This document shows positions 9,335 to 20,391 of a stretch of DNA of 64,000 nt, piece by piece. Made by a program: the position numbers and the translations under genes. The DNA comes from an uncultured Chloroflexia bacterium (lineage in GTDB: Bacteria; Chloroflexota; Limnocylindria; Limnocylindrales; CSP1-4). The first letter of the stretch is position 1; each line of letters starts with the position of its first letter. Under the pieces are notes generated by a model. The model saw only the letters and a program-made list of their open reading frames with translations. It did not search any database and was not told the origin of the DNA. The stretch is taken from NCBI GenBank assembly GCA_963712745.1, contig CAVQJC010000011.1, forward strand, positions 128,001-192,000. Direction: 5' to 3'.

Positions 9335-10349
9335 ATGGCACAGGAAACCGCTGGGGGCCAGACAGCAGCGTCCAAACCCGGCTGGCTGAGCCGGCGTGAC
9401 CGGCAGCAAGGAGCTGGGCATCCTGCTCGTGCTGATCGGGATGGTCGCGTTCATCAGCGTCTTCAACCCCAGCTTCCTCTCGGTCAATTCCCTCTCCAAC
9501 GCCGCTCAGCGGGCCGCCTGGTACGGGATCATGGCCCTGGGCATCGTGTTCCTGCTCTCGATGGGCGAGATCGACCTGTCCATCGGCGCGCTGTACGCCG
9601 TGTGCATCAACGCGGCCGCCATCATGATGTCCGAGTGGGGCTGGGATCCCTGGCTCGGCGCCCTCGCGGGAGTCACCCTCGGGGTCCTGCTCGGAGCCTT
9701 CAATGGCGTCCTGGCGAACCTCTTTGGTCTGCCCGCCATCATCATCACGCTGGGCACCCTATCGCTCTATCGAGGCCTGGCGCTCATCGTTTCGGGCGGC
9801 CGATTCGTGTATGGCATCCCGCGAGAGCATGCCTTCTTCCAGATCTTCGGCTCCGAGCCCTTGGGCGTCCCCATGGTCATCTGGGTGTTCGCGCTCCTGA
9901 CCGTCATCCTCAGCGTGGTCTACCGGTCGACCCGCTATGGCTACGTGGTACGAGCCATCGGGTCGAACTCGCGCGCAGCCCGGCTCAGTGGTATCCCTAT
10001 CCCGCGGATGCGGCTGATCACGTTGATGCTCATGGGTGGCCTATGCGGCATCTCGGCCATGCTCACGCTCGCCTTCTTCTCCACCGCGGACCCCAACCTC
10101 GGCCAGGGCTACGAGCTCATGGCCATCGCCGCGGCCATCATCGGCGGTACCGCGCTCTCGGGAGGGCGCGGTACGGTCGTCGGCGCCGCGATCGGCGCGG
10201 TGGTCATCGCGGTCATCGGCAGTGGCATCACGCGCTTCGGCATCTCAGCCAACTACAGCACCTTCGTGACCGGCGCGATGATCCTGCTGGCGGTCGGGGT
10301 GGATGCCCTCATCCGCCGCCGCCAGGCTCGACGGAGAACCCTCACATGA
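9335..10349 (+). CDS. Monosaccharide ABC permease (RbsC-like), +1 frameshift near 9395
   Basis: SD GGAGG and ATG 9335 join the 9396 frame; IDLSIG, ITLGT, AIGSN, YELMAIAAAIIGG. Confidence 0.88.
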
Positions 10350-10470
10350 CGACTTCTCGCGTGTGCCTCACTGGCTCAGGCGACTCGGGAAGGAGGTGGC
10401 TGAGACACCAGACCCGACTGATGCACTGATCCAAGGCAGTGATTCCACGCAGGATCAAGGAGGAGTCTTG

Positions 10471-11547
10471 ATGAAGAAGAGAGGCCTACTCGCGCTGGCG
10501 CTGACCGGCGCCATGCTGGTGCCGGTATCGGTGACAGCGCAGGACGAAGCTGGGACTGGGGTCGATTGCTCCGGCCTCAAGGCCGGCGCAATCGTCCACT
10601 TCATGGGCCCGTACACACAGCAGTTGCTCGATGGCGCGAAGGCTGCCGCCGACGAGTGCGGTGCTGAGATCACCACCGCCGGGCCGCCCGCCTTCGACAG
10701 CCAGCAGCAGGTCACGCTGTTCCAGGACATCGTCTCGGCCGGCGCTGACGCCACCGTCATCGTGGCCTACCCGGCCGAATTCTGGATCCGGCCCATCGAT
10801 GACGCCGTCGCTGACGGTGTGGTCGTGAGCACGTTCGACGTCGAGTCCCCGGCGTCGCTGCAGTCCTTGCATACCGCGCCCAAGCAGAAGGATCAGGGCC
10901 GGGCCATGGCCGATGCCCTCGCGGACGCACTCGGTGAAGACGCCGAAGGCACCGTCTACGTCGGCATCTGCCTGCCAGGCCTGGAGCTCATCGAAGCTCG
11001 CATCGTGGGCTTCCGCGAGCGCATGGCCGAGCGGGTGCCCGGCGTGGAGATGCCGCCGAACTTCGATGTCGCCTTTGACCAGACCGAGAACTACGCTCGC
11101 TGGAACGACGTCATCGACCAGAATCCCGGTGGCCTCGCCTACGTGGGCTACTGCGAGAACGACCTGCCCAGTCTTGTCCGCATCAAGGAAGCCGACCCCG
11201 AGGCCGACTACCTGATCGCTTCCATCGGCCTCAACCCCGATGGTCTGCAGGGCATCGCCGACGGCACCGCCCTGGCGGCCATCGGCCAGAAGCCGTTCAT
11301 GCAGGGCTACGTGGCCATGCGTGCAATGCTCGAGAACCTGGCCAACGGCACCGACACCCCGCGCGGTTGGATCGACGTCCAGCCCGAGGTCGTGACTGCC
11401 GACAACGTCGAGGCTGTCAAGGCTCGCGAGGAATCGCTGGCCAATGGCACTGCTGAGACGCAGGCCTACTATCAGCCCGAGATCGACGCGCTGTTCGCGG
11501 ACATCAACAGCACCGTGCAGTCGTTCGCCGACTTGCTCGGCGACTGA
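10471..11547 (+). CDS. Sugar ABC substrate-binding protein (periplasmic binding protein type 1)
   Basis: SD AGGAGG, signal peptide ending VTA-QD, GQKPFMQGY; lies between permease and ATPase. Confidence 0.88.
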   Translation: MKKRGLLALALTGAMLVPVSVTAQDEAGTGVDCSGLKAGAIVHFMGPYTQQLLDGAKAAADECGAEITTAGPPAFDSQQQVTLFQDIVSAGADATVIVAYPAEFWIRPIDDAVADGVVVSTFDVESPASLQSLHTAPKQKDQGRAMADALADALGEDAEGTVYVGICLPGLELIEARIVGFRERMAERVPGVEMPPNFDVAFDQTENYARWNDVIDQNPGGLAYVGYCENDLPSLVRIKEADPEADYLIASIGLNPDGLQGIADGTALAAIGQKPFMQGYVAMRAMLENLANGTDTPRGWIDVQPEVVTADNVEAVKAREESLANGTAETQAYYQPEIDALFADINSTVQSFADLLGD

Positions 11548-11550
11548 CCC

Positions 11551-13141
11551 ATGACTATCACCACCGAGGCGAAGGTCGAGCAAGGGGAGGCCGTCTGCGC
11601 CCTCTCTGGCGTCGAGAAGCGCTTCGGTGGTGTCGTTGCCCTGGCTGGGGTAGACCTTGAGGTCCACCCCGGCCTGGTGCATGCCATCGTCGGCGAGAAC
11701 GGCGCGGGCAAGTCCACGCTGATGAAGATCATCGCCGGCGCCGAGACGCCTGACTCCGGGACGGTCTCGATGGGCGGCAGGGACGTGCACTTCAGCAGCG
11801 TCAAGGAAGCCAATGACCACGGGGTCGCCATCGTCTTCCAGGAGCTCAGTCTCTATCCTGAGCTCGACGTCCTGGCCAACCTGTTCATGCAGCGCGAAGT
11901 CACGCGCATGGGGCTGGTGCAACGCTCCGAGATGCGCGCGCAAGCCCAGCCGGTGCTGGCTGAGCTGGGACTTGACGTCGACCTGGATGAACCGGCTGGT
12001 CAGCTCGCCCTGAGCGAGCAGCAGCTGGTCGAGATCGCCAAGGCCCTGCTCGCCGACGCCAGTGTCCTCATCCTCGATGAGCCGAACTCGGCCCTCAATG
12101 CCGCTGAGACCGAGCGCCTCTTCGAGATCGTGCGCGGGTTGCGCGCGAGAGGCGTGGCGGTCCTGTTCATCTCCCACCGACTGGAGGAGGTCTTCGAGAT
12201 CGCCGACCTGGTGACCGTCATGCGCAACGGCCAGGTGGTGACGACGATGCCCTTGGCCGACGCCACCATCCCGCAGGTGATCTCGCTGATGATCGGCCGC
12301 CAGTACGCTGAGGTGGAGGCGTCCCGGAGCTACGCCGATCACGATGCTCCGGCTCTGCGCCTGCAGGGCGTCAGCGTCCCCGGCCAGGTGGAGGACGTCA
12401 GCCTCCAGGTCGCCCCCGGCGAGGTCGTCGGACTCGCCGGGCTCGAGGGCTCGGGCGTCTCGGCGGTGCTGGAGGCCATCTTCGGCATGCAGCGCCCGCG
12501 AGCCGGGACGATCACCCTGCCTGACGGCCATCCCGCACCGCACACGCATCCGCGAAAGCGTCCGCGCCGGCATCGCCATGGTGCCGGCAGACCGCCGCAA
12601 CGACGGACTCATGCTCAGCGCGGACATCCTCACCAACGTGGCGCAGGTCACCGCCGGAGCGCTCGGTCGGTTCGGCTTCTTCTTGCGCCAGAAACGGATC
12701 GAGGACCGCGCCAATGCCCGCGTGGCCGACCTCAACATCGTCACCGGGTCCGTGCGCTCACCGGTCAACGAGCTCTCCGGCGGCAACCAGCAGAAGGTCG
12801 TCATCGCCAAGTGGCTCGAAGCTGACCCTCGAGTGGTGCTGCTCAACGACCCCACCCGCGGTGTCGATGTGGGCGCCAAGGAGGAGATCTACGAGATCGT
12901 CCGAGGCCTCGCCGCCGAGGGGCGCATCGTGCTCTTCGTCTCGACGGAGCTGCCCGAGTACGTCCATCTCTGCGACCGAGTGCTCATCTTCTACCGCGGC
13001 CGCGTCTGCGGGGAGCTGCCCCGAGGTCGGATCACCACCCACGCACTGCTGGAGTCCATCAATACCGGCGTGGTAGACACCATCGCCGGCGACGTCAATT
13101 CCGGGCAGGGTCGCCAGAGCACCACCGAGGAGGAAGGATGA
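11551..13141 (+). CDS. Sugar ABC ATPase (two NBDs), +1 frameshift near 12547
   Basis: GENGAGKST and DEP in the first frame; LSGGNQQK and PTRGVDVGAK in the second. Confidence 0.9.
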
Positions 13142-14237
13142 ACACCGTCGATCAGCCGCCAGGGACGACATGGTTCGAGCCCACCGAGCGCGTAACGCTT
13201 GGTCGGACCAACGTGGACGTGCCGCAGCTGGGCATCGGCACCAACCCGCTGGGTGGCCTGCACTCGGAGATCCTCACGCCGTGGCACGGTCTACCGTCGA
13301 GACGGCCTGGCGCAGTGGTGTCCGCTACTACGACGTCGCGCCGGTCTACGGCTACGGCTATGCGGAGCGCGTCGTTGGCGAGGTTCTGCGCGAGCTGCCC
13401 AGGGACGAGTACCTGCTCACGACCAAGGTGGGCCGCCTGCTGCTGACCGATGGGCCGGCCGACCACGAGGACACCATGGTCCTGTGGGAAGGCGTCCAGC
13501 TCTACAAGGGCACCGACGCCGTCAAGCCCTACTTCGACTTCAGCTACGACGGCGTGCTGCGCTCGCTCGAGGCCAGCCGTGAGCGCATCGGCATCGACCG
13601 CTTCGACGCCCTGCACATCCATGACCCCGACTGGTTCCCCGACGAGGCGCTCGATGGTGCCTACAAGGCCCTCAGTGAGCTCAAGGCTGCGGGTGAGATC
13701 GGCGCCATCGGCGTCGGCGTCAACCAGTGGGAGATCCTCGTCGATTACGCCCGGCGAGCGGATTTCGACGCCTTCCTGCTGGCCGGTCGATATACCCTGC
13801 TCGACCAGAGCGCCTTGCCGGAGTTATTGCCCTTGTGCGAGGAGCGCGGTATCTCGATCATCGCCGGCGGGGTCTACAACAGCGGCATCCTCTCGCATCC
13901 CGATCCGGGCACCATCAGCGGCGTCAGCAGCGGTGCCGATGCCATCGAGACCTGGAAGGACAACGTGACCTACAACTACGTGCCTGCCGGGCCCGAGATC
14001 ATCGCCCGTGCCGCCGCCCTCAAGGCCGTCTGCGATCGGCACGGCGTGCCCTTGATGGCAGCGGCCATCCAGTTCCCCATGCATCATCCCGCGGTCGCGA
14101 CCGTGCTCACCGGGCCGCGCGCCCCGGAGCACGTCGTCGTCAACAACGAGATGCTGCGCTTCCCCATCCCGGATCAGCTCTGGACGGAGCTGAAGGCGGA
14201 GGGACTGCTACCGGCGGAAGCGCCGACGCCAGGCTGA
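13138..14237 (+). CDS. Aldo/keto reductase, D-threo-aldose (L-fucose/L-galactose-type) 1-dehydrogenase-like; frameshift near 13272
   Basis: DVAPVYGYG, TKVGR, FDFSYDG, HIHDPD, LAGRYTLLDQ, GGVYNSG. Confidence 0.85.
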
Positions 14238-14249
14238 GGAGGAGTCGTC

Positions 14250-15153
14250 ATGATCTTCGTGAAGGGGCTCGGAGCGCCCGAGACACCACGGCTGCTGCCG
14301 ACCGACAAGAGTTGGCTGTGCGTGGAGATGGCACCCCCGCGCAACGGCGTTACGCACATCAGCCGGGACGGATCCGTGGTCGAACAGGTGGCCCCGGTGC
14401 CCTGCCCCAATGGGCTCGTGCCAGACCGCGACGGCGTCATCTGGGTGGCCAACACCGTGGATGATCCCTCTCTGATGCGCGTGACCCTCGACGGCGACGT
14501 CGACGTCGATCATGGACGCGGTCGAAGGCAAGCCCATGCTGCTGCCCAACGACTTCGCCTTCGGCCCCGATGGTCGGCTCTACATGACCGACTCGGGCAT
14601 GGCCATGGCCGACTGGGTGGTGGACGGCGCAGTCCGCCCCGACTTCGAGACCGCCACCTACGACGGGCGGGTCTACCAGTTCGACCTGGCCTCTGGCACG
14701 GCGCGCATCATCGACGACGGCATCCGCTTCACCAACGGCATCGCCTTCGGGCCCGATGGGGACCTCTATGTCACCGAGATGATCAGTGGGGACATCCTGC
14801 GCTATCGCTTCTCGGAGGCCGGACCCACGGGGCGACGGGAGTTGTACTCGAACGTCATGAATCCCGAGTGGCCAGGTGGTTTCCGCGGCCCGGACGGCAT
14901 GAACTTCGGAGCTGACGGTCGGCTCTACTGCAGCGTCTACGGCGAGGGCAACATCGCCATCATCGGCACTGACGGGATGGTCGAGCGGCGGATCGCCACC
15001 GAAGGCAGGAACCCGGCCAACGTGGCCTGGGGTCCCGACGGGGATCATCACATCTACGTCACCGAGCACGAACTCGGACAGATCGAGATGTTCGAGACCG
15101 ATACCACGGCACTGCCGCTCTATTACGGCGGTCCTGAGCCGGTCGCGCTGTAG
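14250..15153 (+). CDS. SMP-30/gluconolactonase family protein, +1 frameshift near 14508
   Basis: PETP, PNG, PNDFAFGPDGRLYMTD, NGIAF, GPDGM. Confidence 0.87.
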
Positions 15154-15161
15154 GCACGGCT

Positions 15162-16172
15162 ATGCGCATCCACCTGACGTACGGAACGCAGCAGCGGTTT
15201 CGCTACCGAACCTACGACATCAATGTCCACGGGCGCATCGCTGGAGCGGAGTATCCCATCGCGGAATCCACCTGGTCCCTCAACGGCGGGCCGGCGGTCG
15301 AATTCTACGTAGAGGCGGTGCCTGATCCCGGCATCGACTGGACCTTCGAGTACAAGGAGTCGCCGGCGGTGAACCGGCTCAAGGACCTGGGTGACTTCAA
15401 CGTCGAGGTGCCCGTGGCCTCACCCGAGCTGCGTGCCGGTGACAACGAGATGCTCATCCGCGTGGTCGATGGGACCGGTGCCAAAGAGGCCGTGCGCATC
15501 GCGTTCAGCTGGGATCCATCGCCGCTGCCTGCCGAGCTGGACCTGCGTGACCTCACGGGCTACAGCCATATCCAGGAGGTCGGCCAGGCGGTCGACGGAG
15601 CATTCGACCTGGACCGAGACCAGAACCTCATCCGCTCACGCGGCCCGGTCTACGTCGACGCCCTGCTGGTGCTGGGCTCACCACACGGCAGCCAGGAAGC
15701 GAGCTACCAGGTGCGCTTCACGGACCTGACCAAGGTGAAGTGGCTGGGGCCCAGCGACTTCTTCGCCGGTCATGCGGGTCCGACTCCGCCCATCGGCATC
15801 AAGCCGGGCTGGTCGACGGCCGGGATGATGGCGCTCAATCCGCGCAACGAGGCTCGAGGATTCCTGGCCTACGGCGACCACGTCGGCACCGACCAGGAGT
15901 GGGTAGTCCAGACTGCGCCCCCCAAGCGCTTCATCGTGCAGCCTCGTGTGGACTATCGCGTCCGCCACCAGGTGGAGTTCCGTGATGGCGTCGACCACGA
16001 CCGCTTCAAGATCTGGCCGGTAGGGGAGGGCGAACCGGAGGAATGGCTCATAGACGAGGACGACAGCAGCGTGCCCGCCGGCTACCCCAAGTACACCGAG
16101 TGCTCGTTCAGCCTGTTCCAACACTCGGGTTTCCCCATCGAGTGGTCGGACATCCTGGTCCGGCCGCTCTGA
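15162..16172 (+). CDS. Hypothetical protein (336 aa)
   Basis: Long ORF with natural composition, 8 nt after the lactonase; no family recognised. Confidence 0.8.
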   Translation: MRIHLTYGTQQRFRYRTYDINVHGRIAGAEYPIAESTWSLNGGPAVEFYVEAVPDPGIDWTFEYKESPAVNRLKDLGDFNVEVPVASPELRAGDNEMLIRVVDGTGAKEAVRIAFSWDPSPLPAELDLRDLTGYSHIQEVGQAVDGAFDLDRDQNLIRSRGPVYVDALLVLGSPHGSQEASYQVRFTDLTKVKWLGPSDFFAGHAGPTPPIGIKPGWSTAGMMALNPRNEARGFLAYGDHVGTDQEWVVQTAPPKRFIVQPRVDYRVRHQVEFRDGVDHDRFKIWPVGEGEPEEWLIDEDDSSVPAGYPKYTECSFSLFQHSGFPIEWSDILVRPL

Positions 16173-16266
16173 CCGACGATCGACCCGACCGTGCTGTCGG
16201 TCAGTCGGCCTCGGCCAGCAGTGCCTGCATCGAGGTGACCATGGCGCTGAGGAGTACCCTCGGGCA

Positions 16267-16368
16267 GGCAACATCAACGGTCAGGCGCTCAACATCGACG
16301 GCGGCCTTGTCAACTGCCGAGGCCCTCACGGAGGTTCGGTAGCGGTGATTCGCGGGGCGCGCGACTGA
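16267..16368 (+). pseudogene. C-terminal remnant of an SDR gene
   Basis: Reads GNINGQALNIDGGLV and ends in a TGA overlapping the transketolase ATG (TGATG); no upstream SDR body. Confidence 0.5.
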
Positions 16369-17279
16369 TGCATGGGCCCTACCTCGATCAGGCGGAGCGC
16401 GCACGTCTCGACGACACGGCGTACGAGATCCGTCGGCTCATCATCGAGATGGTGGCGTACGGCCAGTGGGGTCACATGGCCGGGTCGACGTCGATGGCGG
16501 AGATCCTCGCCGCGCTCTACTTCCACACTGCGCGGCTCGATCCCGAGCGGCCCGAGTGGCCCGAGCGCGACCGTATCGTCCTCTCCAAGGCCCATACGTC
16601 ACCGGCGCTGTACGCCACCCTGGCACTGCGTGGCTTCTATCCCGTCGAGACCATCTACGAGTACTGCGAACCGGACGGCATGCTGGAGGGCCACGCCGAC
16701 ATGACCCGCACACCCGGCCTTGAGAACTCTGGTGGGCTGCTCGGGCTGGGACTCTCGGTGGCCCAGGGCATGGCCTTCGGCAACCGCATCGCGGGCAGGG
16801 ATGGTAGCCGGGTGTTCTGCATCCTCGGGGACGGCGAGCTGCACGAAGGCAACATCTGGGAGGCGGCCATGTCGGCGGGCCACTACGGCTTGCGCGGGCT
16901 CATCGCCATCGTCGACTGCAACGGCATCATGTCCAAGGGGCGGCTCTCCGAATACCTCGCCATCGAGCCGGTCATCGACAAGTGGGAAGCCTTCGGCTGG
17001 CACACCATGACGGTGGACGGTCACGACATCGATGCCGTCGCTCGCTGCCTCGATGACGCCCGCGACGCCGAAGGCGACAGGCCCGTCGCCGTCATCGCCC
17101 GCACCATCAAGGGCAAGGGCCTGGCCGGCTCCGAGGACAGCATCCGCTGGCACACCCACGCCCCGGACCCCGAAACTGCCGATGATCTGCTCCGGGGCCT
17201 GGCGCGGATGTACGGACGCCCCGAGGTGGGTTACAGCCGCAAGGACCACCCCGTGAAGAAGGAGGCCTTTCGTGTCTGA
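16368..17279 (+). CDS. Split transketolase, N-terminal ThDP-binding subunit (TK1)
   Basis: GHMAGS, RDRIVLSKAH, EGH, GDGELHEG...N, RTIKGKG, WH. Confidence 0.9.
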   Translation: MHGPYLDQAERARLDDTAYEIRRLIIEMVAYGQWGHMAGSTSMAEILAALYFHTARLDPERPEWPERDRIVLSKAHTSPALYATLALRGFYPVETIYEYCEPDGMLEGHADMTRTPGLENSGGLLGLGLSVAQGMAFGNRIAGRDGSRVFCILGDGELHEGNIWEAAMSAGHYGLRGLIAIVDCNGIMSKGRLSEYLAIEPVIDKWEAFGWHTMTVDGHDIDAVARCLDDARDAEGDRPVAVIARTIKGKGLAGSEDSIRWHTHAPDPETADDLLRGLARMYGRPEVGYSRKDHPVKKEAFRV

Positions 17280-18255
17280 GGCGGGTGGCGCCATGGAGAT
17301 GCGCAAGGCCTTCGCCGAGGAGCTGGTGGCCCTGGGCGCCGAAGAGGCAAGGCTCGTCGTGCTCGACAATGACGTGGGCCTGACATCGCAGTCCCAGTCG
17401 TTCCGAGAAGCCTACCCGGACCGCTACATCGACCTGGGCATAGCTGAGAAGAACCTCTTCGGGACGGCGGCCGGGCTGGCCACGTCGGGCTTCATCCCGA
17501 TGCCCACGACCTTCGCAGCCTTCGCCACGCGTTGCGCACTCGACCAGGTCAGCATCTCCATCGCCTACCCGGCGCTCGACGTCAAGATCACCGGGCACTA
17601 CATCGGCGGCAGCCGGGCAGGCTCATCGCACATCGCTCTCGAGGACCTGGCTGTCTATCGTGCTCTTCCCAACATGCGCGTGGCCGACCCCGTCGACAAT
17701 GCCGAGTTGCGTCGCGTCATGCGGGCCGCCCTGGCCACGCCGGGCCCTATCTACTTCCGTGTCTCCAAGCTGGCCGTGCCCGATGTCCTCGAGCCAGGAA
17801 CATCGTTCGGCTGGGGGGTGGGCCTGCGCCTGCGCGAGGGGCGCGACGTATCCCTGTTTGCCACCGGCCTCATGACCACCATCAGCCTGCGCGCGGCTGA
17901 GTTGCTGGCCAACGACGGGATCGACGCCGAGGTCGTGCACCTGGCGTCCGTCAAGCCCATCGATGTCGAACTCATCGCCGCATCTGCCGCCAGGACCGGG
18001 GCCGCCGTGTCTGCCGAGCTGGCCACCGTCAACGGCGGCTTCGGCTCTGCCATAGCCGAGGTCCTTGGTGAGCGCTGCCCCGTTCCGCTGCGCCGGATCG
18101 GCTATCAGGACGTGTGGCCGCACGGTGGCTCCATCGAGCAGCAATTCGAGCGCTACCACCTGCGTCCGACCGATATCGCCAAGGCGGCTCACGAGGTCAT
18201 CGAGGCCAAGCGCTCTCGGCAGGCTATCGAGGGCCCGGCGCCAGGCGGCCCGTAG
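17272..18255 (+). CDS. Split transketolase, C-terminal subunit (TK1)
   Basis: GIAEKN, FAAF, ALDQ, SHIALED, GPIYFR, VKPID. Confidence 0.9.
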   Translation: MSEAGGAMEMRKAFAEELVALGAEEARLVVLDNDVGLTSQSQSFREAYPDRYIDLGIAEKNLFGTAAGLATSGFIPMPTTFAAFATRCALDQVSISIAYPALDVKITGHYIGGSRAGSSHIALEDLAVYRALPNMRVADPVDNAELRRVMRAALATPGPIYFRVSKLAVPDVLEPGTSFGWGVGLRLREGRDVSLFATGLMTTISLRAAELLANDGIDAEVVHLASVKPIDVELIAASAARTGAAVSAELATVNGGFGSAIAEVLGERCPVPLRRIGYQDVWPHGGSIEQQFERYHLRPTDIAKAAHEVIEAKRSRQAIEGPAPGGP

Positions 18256-18367
18256 CATGGTCCGGCCCATCCGCTGGGGTGGTCCGCAAGCGATGCGCCG
18301 TAGGGGCTATGGACACGCCGACCTGGGCGTCGACCATGGGCGGCACCGAAGTGCCGAGGTGATACCG

Positions 18368-19006
18368 ATGGATCGACGTTTGACATCCACGCTGGTGGCG
18401 ACTTGTCTGCTCAGCGTGGTCGCTGCTAGCCCGTTGGCAGCCCAGAGCCTGGAGTCCGACGTGATCGGATTAGGAGGTCGCGTGGAGGTGCCCGAAGCAG
18501 GCTATGCCGTCACGCTACCCGATGACTGGGTGTACGTCCGGCCGACGGCGGCCGACACGACCGCCATCCTCGAGGCGGTAACGGCCATCGCTCCCGACCT
18601 GGCGACGTTCGTGGAGGCAGGACTCGCGCGCGGCGCAAGCGTCTCGCTCGTCGCCATCGCTCCCATCCGTGCCGACGCCGCCTTCACCATGAACTGCAAC
18701 GTCGTCGACAGCCCCTCCGGTGGTCTGTCCCTCGACCTCCGGGTCGCCGGCGAGGTGGCGGCCTATCGCGCCCTCGGTGACGTGCTCACGGCCGGCCCGG
18801 ACGTGAGCACGCTCGACTTGCCGGCCGGACCAGCCGCACGGCTCGACGCCGGCCTGAGCGTACCCGGGTACGAGGCCAGCTCCTCCTCCTACCTGTACCC
18901 CGACGGGGCGGCTTTCCACACGCTGACCTGCACAGACCTCGGCTGGCCCGCCGACCACTGGCTCTCCATCGCCGAGACCTTCGAGTTCATACCGACCAAG
19001 CCGTAG
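18368..19006 (+). CDS. Secreted hypothetical protein (possibly PsbP-like fold)
   Basis: SD GAGGTG, signal peptide (LAA-Q), GYAVTLPDDW, LTCT, WLSIAETFEF. Confidence 0.7.
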   Translation: MDRRLTSTLVATCLLSVVAASPLAAQSLESDVIGLGGRVEVPEAGYAVTLPDDWVYVRPTAADTTAILEAVTAIAPDLATFVEAGLARGASVSLVAIAPIRADAAFTMNCNVVDSPSGGLSLDLRVAGEVAAYRALGDVLTAGPDVSTLDLPAGPAARLDAGLSVPGYEASSSSYLYPDGAAFHTLTCTDLGWPADHWLSIAETFEFIPTKP

Positions 19007-19100
19007 GTCTCGCATTGTGCCCCGCGGCGGGTTGGCAGACCCTCCCGCTGCGGCACCCACCCATCAGGAATGCGCGGCCGTGCGGTGGCGGATCGAAGTC

Positions 19101-19330
19101 CTATGTCGCATCGTGGCGCACTCTGGCAGCGTCGGCGGCGGCGGGCAGCAGGCGCCGGATCCCAGGACGCTCGAGATCCGCCGCTCGTGCGAAGATCAGG
19201 TAGCGGTGCCGACGACCAGCTCCCTTGAGCACGGCGTCGGGATCGTCGAGGTCGGCGCTGCAGGGGATACCGAGCCTGATCCGCTCCTTGAGCAGAGTGA
19301 CGACGCAGACGAGGCCGCGGTCGCCCGGGG
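19101..19330 (-). pseudogene. Possible DUF1801/YdhG-like C-terminal fragment
   Basis: RIRLGIPCSADLDDPDAVLKGAGRRHRY...DLERPGIRRLL resembles DUF1801 C-termini; no credible start. Confidence 0.35.
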
Positions 19331-19335
19331 CACGC

Positions 19336-20388
19336 TCAGTCCTCCCAGATGCGGGGATATCGCTCTCGGAGATCGATGGGCCGACGCGTGCGCGCCGACT
19401 CGTACCCGGCCTCGATGACTGCCAGGGTGCGGCGTTCGCTCGCTGCAGTGGTGGGGCCACCCGGCGCGCCGGCGATGGCGTCCACGAAGGCCTGCAGCAT
19501 CTCGGCATAGGGGGAGCGGTCAGCGCCCGGGTAGTGATGCGTCACGGGTTCCGCATCCCGGTCCTCGGCACCGGGGTGGACCACGTAGCTGGTGTCGCCG
19601 GCGACGATGGTGCCGGCATCGCCATACAGGTGGAACCCGTTCAGCCTCGGTCGGAGCTGGGTCTCTGTCGTCTGCACCAGGTGCACCACGACTCCGCTCT
19701 CGAGCTCGACGACGCCGCTCATCGTGGCCTCGATGTCATCGCGCTCGAAGGAGCTGGCGTGGTGGTCGAGCATGTAGACGCTGACGACCTCGCCGAGCAC
19801 GTAGCGCAGGGCTGAGACCGTGTGCACGCCCAGCAGGGCCCATACGCCCGTGCCGCCAGCTTCCGGCTGTGCCAGCCAGGCTCGACGGCCCGGGTAGGCC
19901 GGGTTCTGCGCGCGGTGGCCGGCGATGCAGGCAGCAAAGGTCAGCTCGCCGAGATGGTTACCCGTGCGAACGATCTCGCGCAGCGTGGCGTAGCGGGTCT
20001 GGTACGGCTCGTGCTCGGCCACGAAGAGAGTGACACCGCCGGCCGTCGCCGCGCCGATCATGTCAGAGGCCTCGGCTACGGTCGTGGCCATGGGCTTGGT
20101 CACCAGGACGTGCTTGCCCGCGGCGGCCGCTTCGATGGCCATCGGTGCGTGCAGCGAGTGCGGTGTGCAGATGGAGACGGCGTCGATGCCGGGGTCGCCC
20201 AGGGCGGCCTGCAACTCCGTCTCCGTCCGCTCGATGCCCAGCTCGACGGCAGTCTCATGCAGGAACTCGCGGTCGCTGTCGACCAGGGCCGCGACTTCGA
20301 TGACACCCTCGAGCTCCCGGACGGCCTCTGTCTGGCGCTGGCCGGTCCAGCCGGCACCAACCATGGCCAGGCGCAGTGGGGGAGTCAT
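19336..20388 (-). CDS. Gfo/Idh/MocA family oxidoreductase
   Basis: VGAG, ICTPHSLH, GKHVLVTKP, GGTG...GVH. Confidence 0.9.
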   Translation of the reverse strand: MTPPLRLAMVGAGWTGQRQTEAVRELEGVIEVAALVDSDREFLHETAVELGIERTETELQAALGDPGIDAVSICTPHSLHAPMAIEAAAAGKHVLVTKPMATTVAEASDMIGAATAGGVTLFVAEHEPYQTRYATLREIVRTGNHLGELTFAACIAGHRAQNPAYPGRRAWLAQPEAGGTGVWALLGVHTVSALRYVLGEVVSVYMLDHHASSFERDDIEATMSGVVELESGVVVHLVQTTETQLRPRLNGFHLYGDAGTIVAGDTSYVVHPGAEDRDAEPVTHHYPGADRSPYAEMLQAFVDAIAGAPGGPTTAASERRTLAVIEAGYESARTRRPIDLRERYPRIWED

Positions 20389-20391
20389 GGC

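Noticed and set aside
10486-12879. Long antisense ORFs (also 34123-35868, 43973-45853, 52809-54467, 54645-56876)
   Set aside because: These are shadow frames opposite well-supported genes, expected in high-GC DNA, with no recognisable motifs.
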